Below are positions 7,201 through 16,345 of a stretch of 64,000 nucleotides of DNA, piece by piece (position 1 is the stretch's first letter; every line of letters begins with the position of its first letter). This DNA is from an uncultured Verrucomicrobiales bacterium (GTDB taxonomy: Bacteria; Verrucomicrobiota; Verrucomicrobiia; Verrucomicrobiales; Akkermansiaceae). The translations under genes were made by a program, and so were the position numbers. The stretch is from NCBI GenBank assembly GCA_937916505.1, contig CALFSW010000050.1:173-64172 (forward strand), in the 5' to 3' direction. The notes under the pieces were generated by a model. That model ran no database searches. It worked only from the letters and a program-made list of their open reading frames with translations, and was not told where the DNA came from.

Positions 7201-9756
7201 ATGAAGAAACTGATTTTCCCGCTCGCTGCGGTATCGCTGCCGATGAGCCTTTCGGCTCAACTCATTATCAACGAACTCCTTTATGACCCGGCCCCCGGAA
7301 ACGATGTCAATCAGGATGGAAATGCCAGTACCAGTGAGGATGAATTCGTCGAGATTGTGAACGCTGGTGCGTCAGCAGTTGATATTGGTGACTATTCAAT
7401 CACGGATGCAAGTGGCAATACCTTCACCTTTCCTGTGGGAACAATGATTGCAAGTAATGAGGCCCTCATTGTGTTCAATGCCGGAAACCCTCCCGCGACT
7501 CTCAATGGCGCGACTGTTTTCGTAGGTTGTCCTTCCCTCAACAATGGCGGAGACACCATCACTTTGTTCGATCCGGGCTTCAATCAATTGGATCAAGTCG
7601 TCTGGACATCAAGTGGCGTCTCTGCCGACCAGTCCTACAATCGTAATCCTGATCTTTTCGGAACTTTCGCTCCTCATTCTACGGTGCCGGGAGCCATCGG
7701 AACCGAGTCTCCCGGCACTTCGGTGAGCGGAGGTAGCTTCGATTCTTCTCTTCCGGAGATGACGATGACCCCAATGACGAGTTCGATCAGTGAGAGTGGT
7801 GCTGGCAGCACAACCACGTTGACGGTGACTCTCGCGGAGGCCCCGGGGGCTTATCCTGTCGTCGTGACTCTGGAGAGCAACGATTTGAGCGAGGCCACGG
7901 TTCCTGCGAGCATCGACATCACCAGTGGTCTGACCGGAACGTTTACGGTGACCGGAGTCGACGATCCCGATCCTGATGGCGATCGGGACGTTGCAATTAT
8001 GGCAACAGCGGACGGTTATCGTCCCTCGTCCGCGACCGTCACGGTGACGGACGATGGCGACACCGGAACCTCTTCAGCGAGCCCAATTCTGATCACCCAG
8101 TATCACGAGGGATTCTCCAATAACAAGTATCTCGAATTGACGAACGTCTCCGACTCCGAGGTTGATCTTTCGGGATTCATCATCACGCGTTGGGCCAATG
8201 CCAGCACCGAGGACTTTAAGACGGTTGGCAGCCTGCCGGGTGGCGAAGAAACGCTTTCCGGAATTCTTCCAGCCGGAGCTAGCTTCGTCATTGCAAATGG
8301 CAGCGCGACAACTCCGGTGGCCGCGGGATCGGCCGATCTGATTTCAACCGCAACCTTCTTCAATGGTAACGACTCGGTGGTCCTTTATCAGGGAACGATC
8401 GATCCGGCGAACATTGCAGATGCCGTTAGTTTTACTGATGCAGGCAATGAGGGCAATGATCGTGGCTTTGTGAGACAGAATGATTTGATTGGTTTCAACC
8501 TCGATGCCGGATCTACGGTTCTGGATTTCCCCGGAGTTTGGCAGGAAGTGTCCATTCCTGATGTTGATGCGGCAATTCTGGGAGATGACAACTTTATTGG
8601 TTCCAGTTCCCTTGGTTCAAACAGCCCTTTACTCGGTTTTACCGTGACTTCGGCGATTGCCAATGAGGCTGACGGGTCATTGCAGCTGGAGGTTCAAATT
8701 CTCAATCCGGATGGAAACGCGGTTTCGGTTGATGTTGCCCTGGACACTGTCAATAGCACTGCCTCTGCCGCTGATCTTGGAAACTATTCCACGCAAACGC
8801 TGAATTTCCCGGCCGGAGCTTCCAGCGGGGATTCCCAGACGGTGACTGTCAATCTCGCCGATGATACGGAGGAAGAAACCGCCGAAACAGCAATTTTCAA
8901 TCTCAATAATTTGGTCACAGGTGGTGGTGCTCGTGTTGGAGGAGCCTCTTCGTTCAACCTGAGTCTGCAGGACAATGATACGATTATTCCGCCGGTCTAC
9001 ATTTCGGAGATCGCCGATCCGCAGGACAGCTTTGAGGCCCGTTTTGTGGAACTCTTTAACCCAACTTCGGAAGCCATCGATCTTGCTGCTGGAAACTGGA
9101 ATCTCGTCTATTACGTGAATGCCAGTAGCTCCGGACGGGCGATTCCATTGACCGGAATCATCCCGGCCAATGGGACTTATGTGATTGCCAACAATAGTGC
9201 CAATTTTGCGACAGCCTATCCTGCGGCCCCGAGTCCCGATCAAGAAGATGACACCATCAATTCCAATGGAGATGACAACATCGAGCTTAGGTTTGGAGGC
9301 GGTCAGACCGGCGGTGCGCTAGTCGACATTTATGGAATGCCGGGAACAGACGGAACCGATCAGGAGTGGGAGTTCCTGGATTCCCGCGTTGATCGTGTTG
9401 CCGGCGCTCCGAATGCGACCTTCACGATTGAAGAGTGGCTCATCACACCTGCGGTTGTTGCTGAAATGACTCCGGGAGTTCATGGCGGGGGCGGTCCGGT
9501 GGGTGGCGTGACTTTGGAAATTGTTGACTTTACGATCGATGAAACAAACGGTTCCGCCGTTCTCACCGTGACAGGACTTGGTACTAAAATTTGGGTTCTG
9601 CAGTCTTCGGAGGATCTCGGTCTCCTTGATGCCTGGGAAGAGGTTGCGGGTGGATTCAGTGAGTCGGATAACCCCGATGGTTCAACCAACCTGACCTTTT
9701 TTGATGCCTTCCCGGCCACTCCGAAGCAATTCTATCGTCTGATTGAGCAGCGGTAG
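7201..9756 (+). CDS. secreted protein with three lamin-tail (LTD) domains and Calx-beta-like modules
   Basis: Signal peptide MKKLIFPLAAVSLPMSLSA. LTD signatures occur three times: IINELLYDP...EFVEIVN...IGDYSI; ILITQY...KYLELTNVSDSEVDLSGFII; VYISEIADP...RFVELFNPTSEAIDLAAGNWNL. A Calx-beta-like block reads ANEADGSLQLEVQIL...VDVALDT...TLNFPAGASSGDSQTVTVNLADD. The C-terminal module ends in QFYRLIEQR. Confidence 0.7.
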   Translation: MKKLIFPLAAVSLPMSLSAQLIINELLYDPAPGNDVNQDGNASTSEDEFVEIVNAGASAVDIGDYSITDASGNTFTFPVGTMIASNEALIVFNAGNPPATLNGATVFVGCPSLNNGGDTITLFDPGFNQLDQVVWTSSGVSADQSYNRNPDLFGTFAPHSTVPGAIGTESPGTSVSGGSFDSSLPEMTMTPMTSSISESGAGSTTTLTVTLAEAPGAYPVVVTLESNDLSEATVPASIDITSGLTGTFTVTGVDDPDPDGDRDVAIMATADGYRPSSATVTVTDDGDTGTSSASPILITQYHEGFSNNKYLELTNVSDSEVDLSGFIITRWANASTEDFKTVGSLPGGEETLSGILPAGASFVIANGSATTPVAAGSADLISTATFFNGNDSVVLYQGTIDPANIADAVSFTDAGNEGNDRGFVRQNDLIGFNLDAGSTVLDFPGVWQEVSIPDVDAAILGDDNFIGSSSLGSNSPLLGFTVTSAIANEADGSLQLEVQILNPDGNAVSVDVALDTVNSTASAADLGNYSTQTLNFPAGASSGDSQTVTVNLADDTEEETAETAIFNLNNLVTGGGARVGGASSFNLSLQDNDTIIPPVYISEIADPQDSFEARFVELFNPTSEAIDLAAGNWNLVYYVNASSSGRAIPLTGIIPANGTYVIANNSANFATAYPAAPSPDQEDDTINSNGDDNIELRFGGGQTGGALVDIYGMPGTDGTDQEWEFLDSRVDRVAGAPNATFTIEEWLITPAVVAEMTPGVHGGGGPVGGVTLEIVDFTIDETNGSAVLTVTGLGTKIWVLQSSEDLGLLDAWEEVAGGFSESDNPDGSTNLTFFDAFPATPKQFYRLIEQR

Positions 9757-9785
9757 GGTCTTGGGATTCATCTTCAATTCAAAAA

Positions 9786-9810
9786 GGGCGGGAATTCCCG
9801 CCCTTTTTTA
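9786..9810 (+). terminator. rho-independent terminator after the LTD gene
   Basis: Perfect 7-bp GC stem GGGCGGG-aatt-CCCGCCC followed by TTTTTTA. An A5 run precedes it, so it could act bidirectionally. Confidence 0.75.
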
Positions 9811-9870
9811 TTGGGTCGGCGCGTTCCGATTGTTAGCTTTTCTTAACAACCGACTGTCTGAGATCTAGAA

Positions 9871-11859
9871 ATGGACGAAACCAACGAACCCCAGGAGCCG
9901 CGCGAAAATCTTTCGCTGGGCGGGATGTACAAGGACTACTTCCTTGATTACGCAAGTTACGTGATCATGGAACGGGCGGTTCCGCATCTTGGAGACGGTC
10001 TGAAACCCGTGCAGCGACGTATTCTCCACTCCATGAAGGAGCTGGAGGACGGGCGTTACAACAAGGTGGCGAATGTCGTGGGAAACACGATGAAGTACCA
10101 CCCGCACGGGGACACTTCCATCGGGGACGCGATGGTGCAGTTGGGTCAAAAAGATCTTCTCATTGATACCCAGGGAAACTGGGGAAACGTTCTCACGGGT
10201 GATCGGGCGGCGGCATCCCGGTATATTGAAGCCCGGCTCACGCCCTTTGCGCTTGAGGTCGCCTTCAATCCAAAGACCACGGAATGGACCCGGAGTTACG
10301 ACGGCCGGAACAAGGAGCCGGTGACGCTCCCGATGAAATTTCCGCTCCTGCTGGCGCAGGGGGTCGAAGGCATCGCGGTGGGTCTGGCGTGTAAGATTCT
10401 CCCGCACAACTTTATCGAACTGATCGAGGCCTGTATTTGTGTCTTGAGAAAGCAACCGTTTGAATTGTTTCCGGATTTCCATACCGGTGGCATGATTGAT
10501 GTTAACGACTACCGCGAAGGACTTCGAGGAGGGAAGGTGCGCGTGCGTGCCAATGTTGAAGTGGTGAAGGCGAAGCTCATTCGGATCAGCTCCATTCCCT
10601 TTGGGACAACTACTGGCGGGGTGATGGATTCGATTGTCAGTGCCAACGACAAGGGGAAGATTAAGATTTCAAAAATTGAGGACAACACGGCGGAGAATGT
10701 TGAGATTCTCGTGCACCTTCCGGCAGGGGCGGATGCCGGGACCACGCGTGAGGCTCTCTTTGGTTTCACTGATTGTGAGGTCAGTATTTCGCCCAATTCC
10801 TGTGTCATTCATGCCGGGCGCCCGCATTTCATGCCGGTGTCCGAGATCCTGAAAAGCTGTGCCCTTCAAACAAAAGAACTCCTGCTTAAGGAACTTGAGA
10901 TTCTTCTCGGAGAGCTCAATGAGAAGTGGCATTTCAGCTCGCTGGAGAAGATCTTTATCGAGAACCGGATTTACCGGGATATCGAGGAATGCGAGACTTG
11001 GGAGGCGGTGATCGAGGCCATCGACAAAGGGCTCGATCCCTTCAAAAAGCTCCTCAAGCGTGAGGTGACCCGGGATGACATCATCCGCCTGACCGAGATC
11101 AAGATTAAGCGTATTTCCAAGTTCGACAGCTTCCGGGCTGACGAGGAGATCAGGGGTCTTGAAGGCCGGATTGAAGAGACTGAGAAGAACATCAACAATA
11201 TCACGCGCTACTCCATTGCCTACTTCAAGGCTCTGATCAAAAAGTACGGCAAGGGCAGGGAGCGGAAGACGGAGATTGCAGAGTTTGGGGTGGTGAAGCG
11301 ATCCGCAGTGGTGGTCGCGAGTGAGACTCTTTATCTCGACCGAAAGAACGGCTTCGCCGGAATTTCCCTTAAGAAGGAGGAAGCTTTGGAAAAGTGCTCC
11401 ACGCTTGATGACATCATCATCTTCTCGCTTGATGCCGAGATGCGGGTGACCAAAGTGGCGGACAAGATCTTTGTCGGGAAACGTCCCGTTCACGTCTCGG
11501 TTTTCCGTAAGGAGGAACCGAAGGTCTATTCCATGATCTATCGCGAGGGGCGTGAAGGCCCCTATTACGCCAAACGCTTCAAGGCCGGGGGAGTGACCCG
11601 TGACAAGATCTATAACATGGGGAAAGGAACGAAAGGATCTCGCGTGATTTATTTTACGGTTCACGATACCGAGGAAGAAAGTGAAGCCAATACGGTGGTG
11701 GTTCACCTCAGACCGGCTCTGCGTCTTCGCAATGTTTCGCGCCTTTTCTGTTTCGGTGAAATCACGATGAAAGGAAGGGCTTCGAGAGGGAATATCGTGA
11801 CCAAACTTACCGTCGATCGTGTCGTTCGAGCCTCTGCAAGTGATCTTGGTGGAAGTTAA
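9871..11859 (+). CDS. parC: type IIA topoisomerase subunit A, topoisomerase IV ParC-like
   Basis: VPHLGDGLKPVQRRILH, YHPHGD, catalytic-Tyr context AAASRYIEARL, and QGVEGIAVGLACKILPHN. At 662 aa the C-terminal domain is short. Confidence 0.8.
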   Translation: MDETNEPQEPRENLSLGGMYKDYFLDYASYVIMERAVPHLGDGLKPVQRRILHSMKELEDGRYNKVANVVGNTMKYHPHGDTSIGDAMVQLGQKDLLIDTQGNWGNVLTGDRAAASRYIEARLTPFALEVAFNPKTTEWTRSYDGRNKEPVTLPMKFPLLLAQGVEGIAVGLACKILPHNFIELIEACICVLRKQPFELFPDFHTGGMIDVNDYREGLRGGKVRVRANVEVVKAKLIRISSIPFGTTTGGVMDSIVSANDKGKIKISKIEDNTAENVEILVHLPAGADAGTTREALFGFTDCEVSISPNSCVIHAGRPHFMPVSEILKSCALQTKELLLKELEILLGELNEKWHFSSLEKIFIENRIYRDIEECETWEAVIEAIDKGLDPFKKLLKREVTRDDIIRLTEIKIKRISKFDSFRADEEIRGLEGRIEETEKNINNITRYSIAYFKALIKKYGKGRERKTEIAEFGVVKRSAVVVASETLYLDRKNGFAGISLKKEEALEKCSTLDDIIIFSLDAEMRVTKVADKIFVGKRPVHVSVFRKEEPKVYSMIYREGREGPYYAKRFKAGGVTRDKIYNMGKGTKGSRVIYFTVHDTEEESEANTVVVHLRPALRLRNVSRLFCFGEITMKGRASRGNIVTKLTVDRVVRASASDLGGS

Positions 11860-11889
11860 GGCTTGTCTGATTTTACAAATTTCTTAAAG

Positions 11890-11903
11890 TGTTCTCATGA
11901 ACA
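11890..11903. promoter_or_regulatory. perfect 14-bp palindrome TGTTC-tcat-GAACA (candidate LexA/SOS box)
   Basis: Read directly from the sequence: aagTGTTCtcatGAACActaag. As I recall it, this matches the published Verrucomicrobia LexA-binding consensus TGTTC-N4-GAACA. It sits just downstream of a TTGTCT-N16-TAAAGT promoter-like pair (11863-11890). Confidence 0.45.
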
Positions 11904-12197
11904 CTAAGTCGTATTGGAGGGTCCGTCTTGCCTGGGCCCGCTGGAGAATGAAAGTGACCCGCAGCCGGGTTTGGGGATTGCGTCGTAAGTTGCGACTCTG
12001 CCGGGGAAGAATGCACGCGAAGCAGTTGGAGCTGCCGTTTCGCTAGTCAATCATCCTTCATCGAGACGGGGATTCCTGTGAGGCCTCCAGGAGGGATTTT
12101 TTTCAGGATCAGGGTTTTTTCCGATACCGGAAAGTGAAACGACGCCTTGGGTGAGGGGGCGTTGTCGTAGCCGTGCCAGCCGGTTGCGGGGTTTTGC

Positions 12198-12812
12198 TTG
12201 GCGTCAGCACCAGGCGAATTGGGGTTTCCTTTCGTTTCCTTGGCGATGCCCGGAGCGGGAAAGTCGCCGGTGGACGCGGTGATGCCTGATTTTTCGACCG
12301 GTTTACGGGAGGTTGCGGAAAGGCTCTATGACCTGGGGCACCGGCGTTATGCCTTTTTGGCTGCCCGGTCCACGGGGCAGCGGGTTGGAGGACGACCCTC
12401 GATTTTTCAGAAAATCATTGGCGAATTTGAGAGTGCCCAAGCGGAAGTGGTTGTATGCGGCCCGCTCATTGAAGAGGCCCGTGAAGTTGGTCGTGAAATC
12501 CTTGGAGGAGACGAAAGACCTACTGCGATTGTGACCTTAAACGATCTCACTGCGATCGGCGTGATGAGGGCGGCCAAAGATCTGGGAGTGAGAGTGCCGG
12601 AGGATCTGTCGGTGGTTGGAATTGATGGGATTCCGTTGGGTGAATATTTGCCTGTTTCTCTTTCGACGATCGCCCAGCCTCACCAGGAAATGGCGGCCAA
12701 GGCGGTTGAGTTTTTGATTGATCGGATCGAGGGGGAGGGCCGTGATTTATCCAGAGAGGCAACTTTCGAGACCAATTTTGTTGAAAGAGAGTCGATCGGG
12801 CCGCTGATGTGA
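12198..12812 (+). pseudogene. LacI-family regulator fragment (effector-binding domain only; HTH and first ~110 aa missing)
   Basis: The translation matches only the C-terminal two-thirds of LacI/PurR-type proteins (FVSL...DAVMPDF..G...A..L..LGHRRYAFL, TAIVTLNDLTAIGVMRAAKDLGVRVPEDLSVVGIDGI, LSTIAQP). There is an in-frame stop at 12168-12170. No HTH-encoding frame is visible in 11860-12197, and the listed start is TTG. Confidence 0.6.
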
Positions 12813-12890
12813 ATCAATATGAATCGTTTCTTTTCAATCCGTCTCCTTTCAGAAAGACTCCGTCACAAGGTTTTTGTCGCCTGAAGCTTC

Positions 12891-14069
12891 ATGACGGAAG
12901 ATTCCCATCAGCGTATTCACAACGCACTGGATCATTTTAAGATCGAACTTCACTCATGGGGGTTTACGGACACGGGAACGCGCTTTGGCAAGTTCCTTCA
13001 GGACGGCGCTGCCATCGATCTGGCCGACAAACTCGCTGACGCCGGTGAGGTTCATCAGTTGACGGGCTGTTGTCCCAAGCTTGCCGCACATGTGCTGTGG
13101 GACTTTCAAGAAGGACTCGAACCCTATGAAGTGATCGCTTTGGCCGAAAAGCACGGCGTTGAAATTGGATCAATCAACCCCAACCTTTTTCAGGATCAAG
13201 ACTATCGACTCGGAAGCCTTTGCAATAGCGATCCCGGAATTCGTGAAAAGGCGTCCAGGCACGTCATTGAGTCGATCAAGTTGGGACAGGCGGTCAACTC
13301 CAGGATTGTCTCCCTTTGGATGGCCGACGGCACCAACTGCCCGGGTCAGGATTCCATCAGAGCTCGCAAGCGACGCCTTGAAACGGCACTCGGTGGATTT
13401 CATGATGCCCTCGCGGAGGACCAGATTTTTTTGTTGGAGTATAAACCCTTTGAGCCCGCCTTTTATCACACCGATATTGCGGATTGGGGAATGTCCTATC
13501 TCCACGCAAAGAAGATGGGGCCGCAGGCCGGGGTTCTCGTTGATACCGGCCACCATTATCAGTCGCAGAAGATCGAGCAGATCGTGGCGTGGCTGCTGGA
13601 TGAGGAAATGTTGGGAGGGTTCCACTTCAACGACCGTAGATACGCCGACGATGACCTCACCCTTGGCTCGATTGATCCTTATCAAATCTTCCGTATTTTC
13701 AATGAAGTCCACGGGTATGCCGCCTCAAACGGGGGGCGTTACCCGGCCATTGAGTATAGGGTTGATCAGTCACACAATCTGAAACCCGGGATGGAGGCCA
13801 TGATTGAAACCGTGACCGCGGCGCAGGAGCTTTATGCCAAAGCTGCTCTGGTCGATCACGAGTGTCTTCAAAAACACCAGGAAGCGGGCAAGGTGGTGGA
13901 TGCCGAACGTCTGCTCAAAAAAGCATTTGGAACGGACGTGAGCGGACCTCTCTCCGAATGGCGCGAGGGGCGTGGGCTTGCGCCCGACCCGTTCATCGCC
14001 CTACGCAAGAGCGAGTATCTTGAAAGAATTTCCTCAGACCGCAAAGAACGTCGCAAAAAAAAACGGTAA
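12891..14069 (+). CDS. rhaI: L-rhamnose isomerase, RhaI (TIM-barrel, non-E. coli type)
   Basis: The N-terminal IELHSWGFTDTGTRFGKF motif and ~390 aa length match the actinobacterial/rhizobial RhaI type. It is the first gene of a rhamnose-type operon. Confidence 0.8.
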   Translation: MTEDSHQRIHNALDHFKIELHSWGFTDTGTRFGKFLQDGAAIDLADKLADAGEVHQLTGCCPKLAAHVLWDFQEGLEPYEVIALAEKHGVEIGSINPNLFQDQDYRLGSLCNSDPGIREKASRHVIESIKLGQAVNSRIVSLWMADGTNCPGQDSIRARKRRLETALGGFHDALAEDQIFLLEYKPFEPAFYHTDIADWGMSYLHAKKMGPQAGVLVDTGHHYQSQKIEQIVAWLLDEEMLGGFHFNDRRYADDDLTLGSIDPYQIFRIFNEVHGYAASNGGRYPAIEYRVDQSHNLKPGMEAMIETVTAAQELYAKAALVDHECLQKHQEAGKVVDAERLLKKAFGTDVSGPLSEWREGRGLAPDPFIALRKSEYLERISSDRKERRKKKR

Positions 14070-14110
14070 CCCAAGCAGCGCAAGCTACGCGTAAAATTTT
14101 ATATCCACCC

Positions 14111-16303
14111 ATGTCCTTCGATCCTTCCGAATACCGCCATGTCAACTACGGTTGGGATGACGAGAAAGTCGCCTCAATGAACGCTGTCGAGCGTCTCACT
14201 TTTCGTTCCAATATTCTTGGTGCCGACCAACGCATCACCAACACCGGGGGAGGGAACACCTCCGCCAAAGCCATCGAATGCGATCCTCTCACAGGCGGGG
14301 ATGTCGAGATTCTTTGGGTCAAGGGGTCTGGTGGGGATCTCCGCACTTCGACGATTGAGAATTTTTCCTCATTGTATCAGGACAAGCTCATTGCCCTTCA
14401 GAAACTCTACCACGACACCACTCCAAACGGCGTCAAGACCCGGATCGAAGATGACATGGTCGGAATGTACCGGCATACCACTTTCAATCTGAATCCGCGG
14501 GCTTCGTCCATCGACACTCCGCTTCACTCCTTCATTCCTTACAAGCATGTCGATCACATGCATCCCAATGCCTTCATCTCGCTTTGCGCGACGCAGAATT
14601 CGGAGGCGATCACGAAGGAAATCTTTGGAGACGAAATCGTCTATACGTCCTGGCAGCGTCCAGGTTTCGATCTCGGTCTTCTTTTTCAGGAGGTCTGTGA
14701 GAAGAATCCCTCGGCAAAGGGAATTAACATGGGGCAGCACGGCCTCATTAACTGGGCAAATGACGATAAGGAATGCTATGAGCTGACCCTTGAGTTGATC
14801 GAACGGGCAGGCCGATACATCGAGGAGCGAGACAAGGGGGACGAGACCTTCGAGGGGCGGAAGTTTGAGAAGCTTTCCGCTGACCAGCAGAGTGAACTTG
14901 TCAGCGAGATTCTCCCCTGGCTTCGCGGACAAGTGAGCCAGAAAAATCGCTTCATCGCTACCATTGAGACAACGGAAGCCGTTCTCGAATTCGTTAATTC
15001 GAACGCGGCGCCCCGCCTCGCCGAGCTTGGGACATCCTGTCCTGATCATTTTTTGCGAACCAAGATCAAGCCACTCTACATCGAATGGGATCCGCAAAAT
15101 GAAGACCTCATCTCCCTCCGTGGCAAACTCACTTCGGGACTGGAGAAATACCGGTCCGATTACGCTGCTTACTATGAAGCGAACAAAGAGCCTTCATCGC
15201 CTGCGATGCGCGACCCGAATCCCACCGTCGTGCTCATTCCCGGGATTGGCATGATCGCATTCGGAAAGAACAAGAGCGAGTCACGCGTGACCGCCGAGTT
15301 TTACAACTGCGCCATCGCGGTGATGCGGGGAGCCGAGGCGATTGATGAATACATTGGTCTTCCGCAGAAGGAGGCCTTTGACATTGAATACTGGGCGCTT
15401 GAAGAAGCGAAGCTCCGCCGTATGCCGCCCGAGCGCGAGTTTGCCCGCAAGGTGGTCATCGTGGTTGGTGCCGGGAGTGGCATTGGCAGGGAAATGGCCC
15501 ATCTGATGATTGACCAGGGTGCGCATGTCGTTTGCGCCGACCTCAACGAGGAACAGGCAAAAGAGACCGCCGGGCAATTGCTTTCGAAAGTCGGACAGGG
15601 GATCGGCGTGGCCGGAACCGGGATCTCCGGCTGTGGCAATGCCATTGGCCTCGCCTGTGACGTCACCGATCGTGAATCGATCAGAGCGATGCTTGCCGAG
15701 GTCATCTACGCCTATGGCGGGATTGATCACGTCGCGGTCACGGCGGGAATTTTTGTTCCCCCCGATCGCACCGGGCATATTCCCGACGAAAAGTGGGGGC
15801 TTACTTTTGGCATCAATGTTGCGGGACCGTATTTCGTCGCGGATGAGGCTGCGAAAATTTGGAGGGAGCAAGGTCTCCGTGGTTCCATGGTTGTCACAAC
15901 GAGTGCGAATGCCGTCGTTTCCAAGAAGGGCTCGGTCGCCTACGACACCTCAAAGGCTGCCGCCAATCATCTTGTTCGCGAACTTGCCGTCGAGCTATCT
16001 CCGCTTGTTCGGGTCAACGGGGTTGCGCCTGCCACCGTGGTGGCGGGAAGCGGCATGTTTCCGCGCGACCGTGTCATTGCTTCCCTGACGAAGTACGGAA
16101 TTCCCTTTAGTGAGGACGAAAGTACGGAAGATCTGCGCAACAAGCTGGCTCAATTTTATGCCGACCGCACCCTGACGAAGGCTCCGATCACTCCCCGTGA
16201 TCAGGCCGAGGGGATGTTGTTCATGCTTTGCGATGCTTCTTCAAAAACGACCGGGCAGATTCTCGCTGTTGACGGGGGACTGCACGAAGCGTTTCTCCGA
16301 TAG
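14111..16303 (+). CDS. rhaEW: bifunctional rhamnulose-1-phosphate aldolase / short-chain (lactaldehyde) dehydrogenase
   Basis: 730 aa. The N-terminal class II aldolase-like part reads RSNILGADQRITNTGGGNTSAK...LWVKGSGGDL. The C-terminal SDR part has VVGAGSGIGRE and YDTSKAA. Confidence 0.85.
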   Translation: MSFDPSEYRHVNYGWDDEKVASMNAVERLTFRSNILGADQRITNTGGGNTSAKAIECDPLTGGDVEILWVKGSGGDLRTSTIENFSSLYQDKLIALQKLYHDTTPNGVKTRIEDDMVGMYRHTTFNLNPRASSIDTPLHSFIPYKHVDHMHPNAFISLCATQNSEAITKEIFGDEIVYTSWQRPGFDLGLLFQEVCEKNPSAKGINMGQHGLINWANDDKECYELTLELIERAGRYIEERDKGDETFEGRKFEKLSADQQSELVSEILPWLRGQVSQKNRFIATIETTEAVLEFVNSNAAPRLAELGTSCPDHFLRTKIKPLYIEWDPQNEDLISLRGKLTSGLEKYRSDYAAYYEANKEPSSPAMRDPNPTVVLIPGIGMIAFGKNKSESRVTAEFYNCAIAVMRGAEAIDEYIGLPQKEAFDIEYWALEEAKLRRMPPEREFARKVVIVVGAGSGIGREMAHLMIDQGAHVVCADLNEEQAKETAGQLLSKVGQGIGVAGTGISGCGNAIGLACDVTDRESIRAMLAEVIYAYGGIDHVAVTAGIFVPPDRTGHIPDEKWGLTFGINVAGPYFVADEAAKIWREQGLRGSMVVTTSANAVVSKKGSVAYDTSKAAANHLVRELAVELSPLVRVNGVAPATVVAGSGMFPRDRVIASLTKYGIPFSEDESTEDLRNKLAQFYADRTLTKAPITPRDQAEGMLFMLCDASSKTTGQILAVDGGLHEAFLR

Positions 16304-16345
16304 TGGATCCTGGTGCCCTTCCGCAATTTTCGATCAATCATCCCC

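Noticed and set aside
12813-12890. Near-palindrome GAATCGTTTC just after the LacI fragment, considered as a LacI-type operator for the rha operon.
   Set aside because: It is only a 10-bp imperfect (4/5 per half-site) palindrome, with no second copy, and the cognate regulator lacks an HTH. It is too weak to call.
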